From Mosigvirus mar005p1: a stretch of 64,000 bases of DNA. The notes beneath the pieces are model-generated. The model saw only the letters and a program-made list of their open reading frames with translations. It made no database searches and had not been told where the DNA came from. The position numbers were made by a program, and so were the translations under genes. Location of the stretch: the sequence record OZ035759.1, one strand, 5' to 3'. Shown here piece after piece: positions 18,988-27,925 of this stretch. Positions within the stretch are counted from its first letter, which is position 1. Each line of letters begins with the position of its first letter.

Positions 18988-19949
18988 TGTACTCTTTAGA
19001 AGAATTTAATAACCACGCTATAAATGCGGATTTCCAACGAAACAATATGTTTAGTTGTGTATTTGCTACTACCCCATCGACCAAATCATCTTCACTAATT
19101 TCGTCAATTGGTAGTTTTGCTTATAATAACTTAGGGTTGGATTCAGATTGGCTAGGATTGTCTCAAGGTGATATCAATCAGGGCGTAACAACCCTGATTA
19201 CAGCAGGAACACAGAAATTAGTTCGAAAATCAGGTGCAAGTAAATATCTGATTGGAGCAATGAGTCAACGTACGGTACAAAGCTTGTTAGGTGAGTTCAC
19301 AGTAGGAACTTATCTGATAGACTTCTTCAATATGGCATATAATAATACAGGTTTAATGATTTATTCTGTAAAAATGCCTGAGAACCGATTATCTTATGAA
19401 ACGGATTTCAACTATAACTCCCCGAACATCCGAATTACCGGTCGTGAAATGGACCCGTTAGTAATAAGCTTTAGAATGGATTCCGAAGCATCTAACTTTA
19501 GAGCAATGCAAGACTGGGTAAACTCAGTCCAAGACCCTGTAACAGGTCTTCGTGCTTTACCACAAGACGTCGAAGCAGATATTCAGGTTAATTTACACGC
19601 ACGAAATGGTTTACCACATACCGCTGTCATGTTCACAGGATGTATTCCTGTTAGTGTCTCTTCTCCTGAGTTAACGTATGATGGTGATAATCAGATAACA
19701 GTTTTTGATGTAACATTTGCTTATCGCGTTATGCAATCAGGTGCTGTAAATAGACAGGCTGCTTTAGAATGGCTGGAATCAGGACTTATTAGTAGTGTTT
19801 CAGGAATGTTTGGAAATAATCAGAATGATTCTGGACTAGGAAGTGCAGTATCAAGACTTTCTAGATTAGGTGGGACTGCTGGAGGTGTGTCTAATATAAA
19901 CACATTGACAGGTGTGGTGAATTCTGCGTCAAGAGTTTTAGGACTATAA
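18987..19949 (+). CDS. 54: baseplate tail tube initiator gp54
   Basis: 320 aa (T4 gp54 320 aa). Confidence 0.85.
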   Translation: MYSLEEFNNHAINADFQRNNMFSCVFATTPSTKSSSLISSIGSFAYNNLGLDSDWLGLSQGDINQGVTTLITAGTQKLVRKSGASKYLIGAMSQRTVQSLLGEFTVGTYLIDFFNMAYNNTGLMIYSVKMPENRLSYETDFNYNSPNIRITGREMDPLVISFRMDSEASNFRAMQDWVNSVQDPVTGLRALPQDVEADIQVNLHARNGLPHTAVMFTGCIPVSVSSPELTYDGDNQITVFDVTFAYRVMQSGAVNRQAALEWLESGLISSVSGMFGNNQNDSGLGSAVSRLSRLGGTAGGVSNINTLTGVVNSASRVLGL

Positions 19950-19950
19950 G

Positions 19951-19975
19951 AAAAGGGAGACGTTGTCTCCCTTTA
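19951..19975. terminator. terminator hairpin between convergent gene 54 and the alt-side ORF
   Basis: GGGAGAC-GTTG-TCTCCC followed by TTT; A-run upstream. Confidence 0.55.
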
Positions 19976-19980
19976 GGGGT

Positions 19981-20274
19981 TTATTTACGGAATGAAATGA
20001 ATGCTGGTGCTCGGAATGGAGTATCATCTTTAGAGTATTTAACTAATACGACCATTGGTACCTCTGTTTCTAAATGACCTGTCACTACACCGATAAAAAT
20101 TTGATCAGTGTGCTCAGGGTCACGAAAGTTTTTAAGAGGTTCCATAGCAATATGGAATGCACCTGGGAATAATCGATTCAATTCGTCAATCACAGCTTCG
20201 TTAAAAGCATCATCCGCTGGGATAGCATCTTCAACTACTAGTTCTTGACCATTAAAGCGAAGCATAGATTTCAT
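19981..20274 (-). CDS. hypothetical early protein downstream of alt
   Basis: Internal ATG 20274 with GAGGAAAA SD gives 97 aa; the track start 20346 lies upstream of the early promoter. Confidence 0.5.
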   Translation of the reverse strand: MKSMLRFNGQELVVEDAIPADDAFNEAVIDELNRLFPGAFHIAMEPLKNFRDPEHTDQIFIGVVTGHLETEVPMVVLVKYSKDDTPFRAPAFISFRK

Positions 20275-20303
20275 AACGTTTTCCTCATGTTGTTGATGGG
20301 ATG

Positions 20304-20333
20304 ATAGTATCACACATCCATGTGTTTGTAAAC
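20304..20333 (-). promoter_or_regulatory. T4 early-type promoter
   Basis: Minus-sense GTTTAC, 18 bp, TGaTACTAT. Confidence 0.45.
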
Positions 20334-22420
20334 TATCCTTGGACAAATTTAAACGGAACTGATTCTAAATCCATTAAAGACGCTAACAATTTCAAACCTT
20401 TAGGTGCACTAGTTTTTTCTACAAATGAGGAGAACGATACCGGCTCATCTGATTCGATTTCACCCGTCATAGCAACCACCTCGCCTGTTTCCATGAGAAC
20501 ATCACCATCGTAAATGACAGCTTCGTCCAACTGGTCCGAGGACATAACTTCAGCTTGAATAAATTTAAGGTTGGATTCTAAACCTGCACCAGTGTCAGAT
20601 GACGCATCTGTAATTTTATTTATCTGCAAGAGAATGCCTCTAGGCAAAATAATTTCTTGCTCATTAGGGTGATTACTCAACTGTCCTGGATAAATCACGT
20701 TAACTTTATGAGCGCCATCAATAGCCCATCCAACGTTAACACGGATTTGTTCTGGCGCATGCATAGCTGTTCTTACTTGACTAGGAGAAATAGTAACACC
20801 TTCGTCATTATTGTCAATGTTAAGCTCTTTGCGAACTTCTTCAGGAGCAAGTCCAAGGGCAACGTTCTCTTTAAACCCGCCGAAAATAATAGGAGCTAGT
20901 GAAGTGGAAACATAGTTTCTGAAGTAGAATACCTTATTTTTAACCATTGCTTCGTAAATAGGCATTCTGATAGACTGAGCTCTATATAATGTTAGTCCTT
21001 CAGGTAAACGGTCTCCGTTTAAAAACGCTGAATCAAGACCATCAATAGCGCGTTTAACTTCATCTTCATCTGCAACATCGTAAAAATCTGGTTTATAGCG
21101 ACCTAACAACATATTATTAATATCGGTATACGCAGAAGAGGCATATTCACGAATAGCTCGTTTTTCAACAACAGAGTATTGTTTAGGGTCCCGATTCATT
21201 GTTATATTAAAGGTGCCTCTAGCCGATTCTCGTGCATAAGTATACATCACATTAGACAAGAACGCTGATTTACGTTGTTTCCAAGTTCTTTCAGATACTT
21301 CAGCTAAAACGTCGTCGGGCAGTTGGAAATTATCACGTCTAAAATCTTCAAACCATTCGTCTCTAATAGAGTCTGCAATTTCGTTTGCAGCTTCAACAAA
21401 AGCAGCTAATGCTTTAACAGATGTTGTTTTTTCAGTTTTAATTTTCTTAGCAAACTTTTCTAAAGCCGGCTTAATAACACTACCATAAGAAACTTCATCA
21501 GCAAATCTAAAGGATTCATCAATACGATTATAAATCTTATTTTCGATATCAGCAACTAAAGTGCCTTTTGCTGTGGATGATGCTTGGGCTAGTACGATTT
21601 CATATGCTTCAGGAAGTAATTCGGCTGTAGCCGGGCCACTAACTTCTTTAGCAGAATTTTCGTATTTCTGGAATAACTCACCTTCTTGGCGGTCAGCTTC
21701 TAAAGATTGACTTGCTGCAATAGCACGACGAGAAATTTTAGTACGAGCAATAACAGGCTTATCTTTACGTTTTTCTTCTACAGCAGCAATAGAACCAGCG
21801 ATAGCCGTTTCTTTGGTGACTTTTTCGCCGGTCTTTTTACTCACATAAACTTCGCCAACATCAGAATCTACTTTCGCGTACAACTCTGTGTTAATGTTAG
21901 GGATGCCTTTAATATCTTCAATGTTGGCATTTTTACGAACCATCATCACATAGGTGTGTTTACCTGTGAATTGATACATTGCCGACAATACTTTAAAACG
22001 ACCACCTGTTTTAGTAGAAACTAGACGAGCAAGAAGAGTTTGAAGTTGTTGTCCACGTCCTTTCAATTTCTTGGTAGGGAATCGGAACAGAACTGCATCC
22101 ATACGAAGAGCTTTAACCTGTTCATACACTGTATTGAAAATGGTGTTGATTGCATCAATAGGAGCAGGACCAAGGCCATTTTTCAATTCAGCGAGATTAC
22201 CCTTTTCAGACAGACTCATAATAACAACATGAGCGTATTTATCGCCAAGTTTAACTTGTTTTACAGCATCGCCTTCAGAAAGGTAAGAGAATAAGCGAAC
22301 TACAATATTTGTATCAACATCACCAATTTTCCAGACTTGTGGAACTTTAGCTTTAGGGTTCAAATTGACGACAGGAAGACTGCCTTCAGATTCAAACACT
22401 TCATTTAATTGTTCAGACAT
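20333..22420 (-). CDS. alt: Alt ADP-ribosyltransferase (packaged, modifies host RNA polymerase)
   Basis: 695 aa (T4 Alt 682 aa); C-terminal R / S-T-S / E-x-E ADP-ribosyltransferase triad (YRAQS, YVSTSL, NEQEII). Confidence 0.85.
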   Translation of the reverse strand: MSEQLNEVFESEGSLPVVNLNPKAKVPQVWKIGDVDTNIVVRLFSYLSEGDAVKQVKLGDKYAHVVIMSLSEKGNLAELKNGLGPAPIDAINTIFNTVYEQVKALRMDAVLFRFPTKKLKGRGQQLQTLLARLVSTKTGGRFKVLSAMYQFTGKHTYVMMVRKNANIEDIKGIPNINTELYAKVDSDVGEVYVSKKTGEKVTKETAIAGSIAAVEEKRKDKPVIARTKISRRAIAASQSLEADRQEGELFQKYENSAKEVSGPATAELLPEAYEIVLAQASSTAKGTLVADIENKIYNRIDESFRFADEVSYGSVIKPALEKFAKKIKTEKTTSVKALAAFVEAANEIADSIRDEWFEDFRRDNFQLPDDVLAEVSERTWKQRKSAFLSNVMYTYARESARGTFNITMNRDPKQYSVVEKRAIREYASSAYTDINNMLLGRYKPDFYDVADEDEVKRAIDGLDSAFLNGDRLPEGLTLYRAQSIRMPIYEAMVKNKVFYFRNYVSTSLAPIIFGGFKENVALGLAPEEVRKELNIDNNDEGVTISPSQVRTAMHAPEQIRVNVGWAIDGAHKVNVIYPGQLSNHPNEQEIILPRGILLQINKITDASSDTGAGLESNLKFIQAEVMSSDQLDEAVIYDGDVLMETGEVVAMTGEIESDEPVSFSSFVEKTSAPKGLKLLASLMDLESVPFKFVQG

Positions 22421-22447
22421 AGTGTTTTCCTTTTAGTAATATCTAAT

Positions 22448-22455
22448 ATTTATGC
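22448..22455 (-). promoter_or_regulatory. near-consensus late promoter (CATAAATA) upstream of alt
   Basis: Minus-sense CATAAATA about 28 bp upstream of alt ATG; one mismatch to TATAAATA. Confidence 0.3.
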
Positions 22456-22461
22456 CAGAAA

Positions 22462-22477
22462 AGAGCCCGAAGGCTCT
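22462..22477 (-). terminator. terminator hairpin after the gene 30 operon
   Basis: AGAGCC-TTCG-GGCTCT (minus sense) followed by TTTCT. Confidence 0.5.
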
Positions 22478-22665
22478 TAATCCACAATCGGGAGCAAAGT
22501 ACGATAAACTTCAAAATTAGGGCCTTTTTCGTACTTATCAAAATTGTCCATAAAAATATGATAGGAATCGTTATTAGGAAAATCTAATATAATCTGAGAG
22601 CAAGAGGTGGAAACATCTCCACCATCCTTCTTAGCTACAATAACTGTTTCTAAATAAGCTTTCAT
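22477..22665 (-). CDS. hypothetical small protein coupled to gene 30
   Basis: Internal ATG overlapping gene 30 stop gives 62 aa; ORF track version is 69 aa. Confidence 0.4.
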   Translation of the reverse strand: MKAYLETVIVAKKDGGDVSTSCSQIILDFPNNDSYHIFMDNFDKYEKGPNFEVYRTLLPIVD

Positions 22666-24158
22666 TATAAACCTGTCTGGGACCACGGTCCAAATACGTC
22701 TTCAAACGAATCCGCTTCTGTTTTATCAAAACGGAACCCTTTAATAATTGGAAGGAAAATACCTACAGTACCTTCACGGCCTTTAGAATGAACCCAACCA
22801 TTACATTCACAATCAGCGATACGTCCAATCAATTTACCTTCACGTGCTTCCTTCATTAGTTTTTCACGGTCTAAATCATGACGCTCGTCTAAAGGAATAA
22901 GAACCTTTACATCATCAACTGTTTTATGAGTTGTATCTTTAAACCCTGAACCGCAATCGGTTGTAATACGACGACAACGTGATACGAGTTCGACACCACC
23001 TAATTTGTTAGGGTCTTTAGAGTGTTCATAGTATCCTACAACTTCTAAAGCAATATCAATAACTTCTTTAAATTTAATTAGGTTCTTAGAGCGTTTGTTT
23101 TCCCAATACGAATCACGGTTTTTAAGGATAATACCTTCAAGACCTTGGTCAACATATTTTTTATAAACCACTTTAGCTTCGTCAAGATTATGAACTAACT
23201 GATTTTCAATTGGCTCAATTCGCTTAAAGCCTTCGGCCATATTTTCAAGAGCAGCAAAACGAACATCGTATTTCTGACCTTTAATTTTGCCATCAGAATA
23301 GACTTCATCTAAAGGAACATAGTCCCAGGCTTGAAGAACCATACCTTCCGCTTCTTTAGGAGAAATAGTCCCTTGAAGAGATTTATTTGCTAAACCATTT
23401 GAAGTGCTACGGTCCGCAACTTGTACTTCTTCGGATTCTTCATTATCACCAAATAAGAACGACAGGTCATTTCCTGAGCTCACAGCCTTTTTAATATCGA
23501 ATGAATGATAAACTAATTCACCGTCGATTAAAACCCCATTAGGGTGTCTTTCACGAGCTTCTTTAGTCATTTCCATTAGTTCATCCGCTAATAGAGTAAG
23601 ACCATGGTATTCGTTACCGGCACGAGAAAAGAATTGAACACCATCATCGCGAACTTCAGCGAAACAACGAGCACCATCTGCTTTTAATTGGGCAAATGCA
23701 GGCCATTTAATATTTTTAGTAATCAATTTCTCATCATATGCAGATGCTAACATCTGTGGTTGCAATTGAATAAGTCCAGGCCACACCTTATTCGCGATAG
23801 ACACTGAAGCACCTACTTCAAGGTCGCGCATCATTACACGACGAAGGACTTCTACATCATCGGGTTTACCATCAGCGATATAACCCATGAGCTCTTTAAT
23901 TGCAGCATTACCAGTGAGTTTACGAGTGGCTAATGTGAACTCAATAAAATCCAACATGTCATCTAATTCAAGAAGTCCATACGCTTGAGACCTTTCACCC
24001 GGTCCTGGCCATTTCTTAATATAATACTGGATACCACGTGCATATGTTAAACGATACACACGTTCAAGTAATTTGTTGTCCTTATTTTTCTTAAGGATTT
24101 CTTGTTTTGTTTTAGTAGAACCGATCGCAGCTATTTGGTTTAAAATATCTAAAATCAT
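22665..24158 (-). CDS. 30: ATP-dependent DNA ligase gp30
   Basis: 497 aa (T4 ligase 487 aa); adenylation motif KADGAR. Confidence 0.9.
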   Translation of the reverse strand: MILDILNQIAAIGSTKTKQEILKKNKDNKLLERVYRLTYARGIQYYIKKWPGPGERSQAYGLLELDDMLDFIEFTLATRKLTGNAAIKELMGYIADGKPDDVEVLRRVMMRDLEVGASVSIANKVWPGLIQLQPQMLASAYDEKLITKNIKWPAFAQLKADGARCFAEVRDDGVQFFSRAGNEYHGLTLLADELMEMTKEARERHPNGVLIDGELVYHSFDIKKAVSSGNDLSFLFGDNEESEEVQVADRSTSNGLANKSLQGTISPKEAEGMVLQAWDYVPLDEVYSDGKIKGQKYDVRFAALENMAEGFKRIEPIENQLVHNLDEAKVVYKKYVDQGLEGIILKNRDSYWENKRSKNLIKFKEVIDIALEVVGYYEHSKDPNKLGGVELVSRCRRITTDCGSGFKDTTHKTVDDVKVLIPLDERHDLDREKLMKEAREGKLIGRIADCECNGWVHSKGREGTVGIFLPIIKGFRFDKTEADSFEDVFGPWSQTGL

Positions 24159-24337
24159 TTGATATCCTCGATTTTGGTTACGGTTCTATTATAAGCCACT
24201 TCATCTAGAAGCGATTTCAGCGTTTTCTGATAAGTGGTAATCCATTTACCGAGTCCTTCAACATAATATTCTGAAATGTAGATGAACCCTTGTTCAACAC
24301 ACTCTTTAAATATTTCTGCGTCTTTTACTGAACGAAA
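24155..24337 (-). CDS. hypothetical small protein (GTG start in ORF track)
   Basis: About 60 aa; track start codon is GTG; overlaps gene 30 start. Confidence 0.35.
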   Translation of the reverse strand, partial: FRSVKDAEIFKECVEQGFIYISEYYVEGLGKWITTYQKTLKSLLDEVAYNRTVTKIEDIK

Positions 24338-24433
24338 CACCGGTCAGTCTCGAAAGAACATGTTAACATGACCGTAGTCACGTGTGCTGGTTTTGCCATC
24401 TGTAATATCATGAACTACAAACATAATTAGCCC

Positions 24434-25249
24434 TTAACAATTTATAGACCAAGTCCATTTAGACGAATCTAAAGGAAAGTTTTGAATCGTCCACCATGGC
24501 TGCATATCGGTTGGTCCTGGAGTTCGCCAAGTATACGGATTCGACGGAGTGCCAATTTGATTAGGCCATGCACCTGGACTTGTTGCACCAGATTCTTTAA
24601 GCAAATCTGCCAATCGTTTTAAAAGGTCTTCACGATCTGAATCTGAATTATGCTCTGGCGGAACCAATCGAGATTCAATATCATCCCACGTGTGTACACG
24701 TTGTGCAGTACGAGGAATGGCATCACGTTCACCACGAGCCAACCAATAAATCGGTACATTAAGAATTTCTGCCGCATGGTCACAGTGATGAGCTAAATCG
24801 TCAACGTAACAAATCACGTTATATTTTGTTTTAGCTAGTTCAAATAATTGTTCCTTTGAAGAATCATGACCACACATCATTACTTCGGAGAAAGCGCCTG
24901 GGAACAAAGCATTCAAATTAAATTGTCTATTCAATCGAGCATCAATTGAATCACCTAGCGCCGTCACGGCTACAAAATTATAGTCTTCTTTTAGTTTATT
25001 GATAACTCGAAGAGCATCCGAATAAGGCGCTAAGTAACGAATAAAATCAGAGCGATTATATTTTTCTATTAATTGTTTACCAAGGTTATCGTCGGTATTG
25101 AACAGTTTACCAGGAGAAATAAATTTTTCGTCCTGAATCATTTTTAAAATATGTTCTAATGGAAGATTATATTTTTGGGCAAAATAAGGAAGTCCAGATT
25201 GCCAACTTAAACATACACCATCAATATCGGTCAAAATAGTAGGCTTCAT
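24434..25249 (-). CDS. HAD-superfamily-like protein (T4 30.2 position)
   Basis: 271 aa; N-terminal DIDGV (HAD motif I) and later CYVDDLAHH (motif IV-like); Trp-rich C-terminus. Confidence 0.5.
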   Translation of the reverse strand: MKPTILTDIDGVCLSWQSGLPYFAQKYNLPLEHILKMIQDEKFISPGKLFNTDDNLGKQLIEKYNRSDFIRYLAPYSDALRVINKLKEDYNFVAVTALGDSIDARLNRQFNLNALFPGAFSEVMMCGHDSSKEQLFELAKTKYNVICYVDDLAHHCDHAAEILNVPIYWLARGERDAIPRTAQRVHTWDDIESRLVPPEHNSDSDREDLLKRLADLLKESGATSPGAWPNQIGTPSNPYTWRTPGPTDMQPWWTIQNFPLDSSKWTWSINC

Positions 25250-25704
25250 AGAGAGTCTCTTAATAGGTTTAACACATCAATAAATTCAGCTTCGGTTAGT
25301 ATTGTATCATCTTTTGTTAGACCACTAGCCATGCTGTGCTTCAAAATTTTTCCTTTAGAGGCTTGTAAGGCATCACGAAACCCCTTGTTTTGGATCGCAG
25401 CTTCAAAATATGCATTTGTGTATAATTCTTTCCACGCTGGAGAGTATCTTGAAAACGGAACTCCAATCCAGAAGAGGGTCCCACGGTCCTGAGCTCTAGC
25501 ATAAGCTCGTCCAGCTTGTTGGGCGGCAAGCCCGGATAACCCAAATATACGTCTTTGCTGTTCAACATTTTTCACCTTACATCCTTGGAGAAATCCTTCA
25601 AGACCTCCGAATTGAATACCATCCATAACAAAAGGCCATTGAGCAAAGTTACTTAATGCACATGACGGCCACTTGAAATTACTTCTTATTTCTAATTCAG
25701 ACAT
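25246..25704 (-). CDS. YbiA/NADAR (DUF1768)-like protein
   Basis: Block CALSNFAQWPFVMDGIQFGGLEGFLQGCK parallels E. coli YbiA GDFSNFAAWPIKVDGKTWPTSEHYFQAQK; stop overlaps next ATG (ATGA). Confidence 0.6.
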   Translation of the reverse strand: MSELEIRSNFKWPSCALSNFAQWPFVMDGIQFGGLEGFLQGCKVKNVEQQRRIFGLSGLAAQQAGRAYARAQDRGTLFWIGVPFSRYSPAWKELYTNAYFEAAIQNKGFRDALQASKGKILKHSMASGLTKDDTILTEAEFIDVLNLLRDSL

Positions 25705-25915
25705 CTTTAACACTTATAATTTCAACATCAGCCCAATGACCGTATCCAGGTATACGGTCTTCGATAGATAAATTTCTGTCATTTTTAGGCATTTTAATTG
25801 ACGTAACGTATGGTTCTAAACGGTTTTCCGCGTAATATGGAAAAACGTCGGTTACACGATAAGTAACTTCAATCATTTCCGTACCAAACAATTTCTGGAT
25901 TAATTTATTCAACAT
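25697..25915 (-). CDS. hypothetical protein
   Basis: 72 aa ORF in the gene 30.x cluster. Confidence 0.4.
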   Translation of the reverse strand: MLNKLIQKLFGTEMIEVTYRVTDVFPYYAENRLEPYVTSIKMPKNDRNLSIEDRIPGYGHWADVEIISVKDV

Positions 25916-26102
25916 GTTTCAACCCTTTAATAGGAGATAACTCTTTACCCATACGTATGTCAGAAGTCCCATCAACCCATTGAACAGCATACGCTTCATT
26001 GATAATTCCAGCGGCAGTTTTAAATTCGTTGAGAACTTTAAAAATCATCCCAGGGATTCCAACACCTTTTAATTGGACTGTTTGTGCTATTAAAAATTTC
26101 AT
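25905..26102 (-). CDS. hypothetical protein
   Basis: 65 aa ORF in the gene 30.x cluster. Confidence 0.4.
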   Translation of the reverse strand: MKFLIAQTVQLKGVGIPGMIFKVLNEFKTAAGIINEAYAVQWVDGTSDIRMGKELSPIKGLKHVE

Positions 26103-26156
26103 ATTTTTCCACTTACTAAAGAAATCATTATACTCTAATCCGTCCTTGGATGTACA

Positions 26157-26771
26157 CTACTTAATGAAATTAATTTCTACCGGATGAACAACAGGTTGAG
26201 CAGTGATATATTGAGTAATTGCTTTCATGACTAGAGCTTCAGAACCAGGATTTTTCTCAACGAATTCACGTGCTAGGTTATGAGCTTCGAGTTCACTCAA
26301 TAAACCGGAACGCTGGCATCCACGGTCTTGAGTACCCTGTTCAGATAAAAGGACTACTACATATTTTTCATCGTCGTAGGGCTTAGCCAGTTGAGCAAAT
26401 GTTCCTTTACTTCCAAAAGGAGAGTTATGTCGCCACATCACGCCGTGAGGAGTTTCAACCTTCGTATATTCGTGCGGTCCATTTTTCTTAGTTTCTTGAT
26501 GTGGAACTTCATAGACCTTAGGGTTAGGACATTCAATAAAATGCTCATCTAAATCGGTCGAGAATATTAAAGTAAAACAATTACTGAATTTACCAACACC
26601 GGCCTGATAAATTTTACCTTCAGAAGTTCTAATTTCACAAACTGAGCCGGCATCAGTAACTTCTAAAACTTCAAAAGGCTCGATAAGGTCATATGAGAAC
26701 ATGTTTTTAAGGCGTGGAGTAATATCCCCATTTTTAAAATTCATTTTATAAAAAGTATTAACTTTAAACAT
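26157..26771 (-). CDS. hypothetical protein
   Basis: 204 aa from ATG 26771 (GAGG SD); track start 26801 is TTG and lies inside a hairpin. Confidence 0.5.
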   Translation of the reverse strand: MFKVNTFYKMNFKNGDITPRLKNMFSYDLIEPFEVLEVTDAGSVCEIRTSEGKIYQAGVGKFSNCFTLIFSTDLDEHFIECPNPKVYEVPHQETKKNGPHEYTKVETPHGVMWRHNSPFGSKGTFAQLAKPYDDEKYVVVLLSEQGTQDRGCQRSGLLSELEAHNLAREFVEKNPGSEALVMKAITQYITAQPVVHPVEINFIK

Positions 26772-26783
26772 AATTTCCTCAGT

Positions 26784-26799
26784 GGGAGCCGAAGCTCCC
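26784..26799 (-). other. GC stem-loop with UUCG loop between two ORFs (RNA stability or processing element, or weak terminator)
   Basis: GGGAGC-TTCG-GCTCCC on the minus strand, no T-run. Confidence 0.4.
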
Positions 26800-26806
26800 A
26801 ATTAAT

Positions 26807-27172
26807 TTAGATATCAAATTCGTTAAGAACTACATCAAAGATTGCTTCGAGATGTTCAGGTTTAGCTCGGTTACTCAGGATATGACGAATCCAAGTTTTA
26901 ACCAGAAGTTTACGATTAACACCATTCCAGCAAGGATGAGTACCTAAATCACGCTGACGGAAATCATCATCTAATGCAATTTTAAAATTTGAACCTTCCA
27001 TCGTGATTGAAACCGTGATGCCATTTTCAAATCGCATATAAACGTAATTAGGAGTCATGCACTGTTCGATTTCACAAACTGTACCGTTTTCGTGTTTCCA
27101 TAAGCAAATAACTTCAGAAGAACCAGCGATACCGTTAGAAACATATTTACGTTCGAAGTTGATGTAGTTCAT
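26807..27172 (-). CDS. hypothetical protein
   Basis: 121 aa ORF preceded by an early promoter. Confidence 0.5.
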   Translation of the reverse strand: MNYINFERKYVSNGIAGSSEVICLWKHENGTVCEIEQCMTPNYVYMRFENGITVSITMEGSNFKIALDDDFRQRDLGTHPCWNGVNRKLLVKTWIRHILSNRAKPEHLEAIFDVVLNEFDI

Positions 27173-27213
27173 TTTATTCTCCAGATGTTTAAGTTGTTTG
27201 TTGGTACAGGTCT

Positions 27214-27242
27214 ATAATAACATAACCTGTACCAAAGTAAAC
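27214..27242 (-). promoter_or_regulatory. T4 early-type promoter with -10 embedded in a perfect 10 bp inverted repeat
   Basis: Minus-sense GTTTAC, 17 bp, TATTAT; flanked by TTGGTACAGG (27201-27210) and CCTGTACCAA (27226-27235). Confidence 0.5.
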
Positions 27243-27246
27243 TGTT

Positions 27247-27615
27247 TTATGCAACTTTAATCCAATTGTCTAAATTTAAAACACCTTTGGCTTTCATTTT
27301 TTCGATCAGGTTATCTGCTGTAATGCGTCCATTTTGATACCATGTAACATCTTCAGAGTAACCAGTTTCTTCGTCAACATATGTTTCTGAACGAATTTTA
27401 CCGGTAATAATAGTTTTTAATTCGTATGTGTCACCTGTGAAAAAGTTTGCTAACACAATTTTCCAAGAGAAATCATCTGAAGGACCTTCAGGGGTCATAC
27501 AACCTACGAACTCAAATTGCTCTTTGTATAACATCCACTGGAATTCTTTAATTTCGATAGCTTTATAACCGTCGTGGTCTTTACATTTGATGTATGAGTT
27601 CAGATTGATTTTCAT
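27247..27615 (-). CDS. hypothetical protein
   Basis: 122 aa ORF preceded by an early promoter. Confidence 0.5.
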   Translation of the reverse strand: MKINLNSYIKCKDHDGYKAIEIKEFQWMLYKEQFEFVGCMTPEGPSDDFSWKIVLANFFTGDTYELKTIITGKIRSETYVDEETGYSEDVTWYQNGRITADNLIEKMKAKGVLNLDNWIKVA

Positions 27616-27657
27616 TTTGTTCTCCGGTTTGTTTTATCGATTAGGTGGTACAAGTCT

Positions 27658-27686
27658 ATAGTAACACATCCTACAGGAGAGTAAAC
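27658..27686 (-). promoter_or_regulatory. T4 early-type promoter
   Basis: Minus-sense GTTTAC, 17 bp, TGtTACTAT. Confidence 0.45.
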
Positions 27687-27710
27687 ATCTTTTTAAACTT
27701 TTTCTGCCCT

Positions 27711-27740
27711 AAACGCACAAAAGGGAGACCGAAGTCTCCC
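27711..27740 (-). terminator. intrinsic terminator
   Basis: GGGAGAC-TTCG-GTCTCCC (minus sense) followed by TTTTGTG. Confidence 0.65.
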
Positions 27741-27745
27741 TAAAA

Positions 27746-27925
27746 TTATGCAATAACCTTTCCAAAACGAGAAGCATCATCTCGAAGAACTGCACGTGCT
27801 CTGCGCATGATCTTCTCAACTGTTTGATTAATACGAGAGTTCGACCCACGCTTGTAGCCAGCGCGTTTAGAGGTACCATCAACTTTCTTTTCAACTGCTT
27901 TCTTTGCTTTAGCTTGTTTTGCCAT
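27746..27925 (-). CDS. small basic protein, absent from the ORF track
   Basis: 59 aa MAKQAKAKKAVEKK...; SD AAGAG upstream; terminator immediately downstream. Confidence 0.5.
   Translation of the reverse strand: MAKQAKAKKAVEKKVDGTSKRAGYKRGSNSRINQTVEKIMRRARAVLRDDASRFGKVIA

Noticed and set aside
26772-26801. TTG-initiated N-terminal extension of the 26157 ORF
   Set aside because: The extension is the reverse complement of a GC hairpin (GGGAGC-TTCG-GCTCCC); ATG 26771 with a GAGG SD is a better start.
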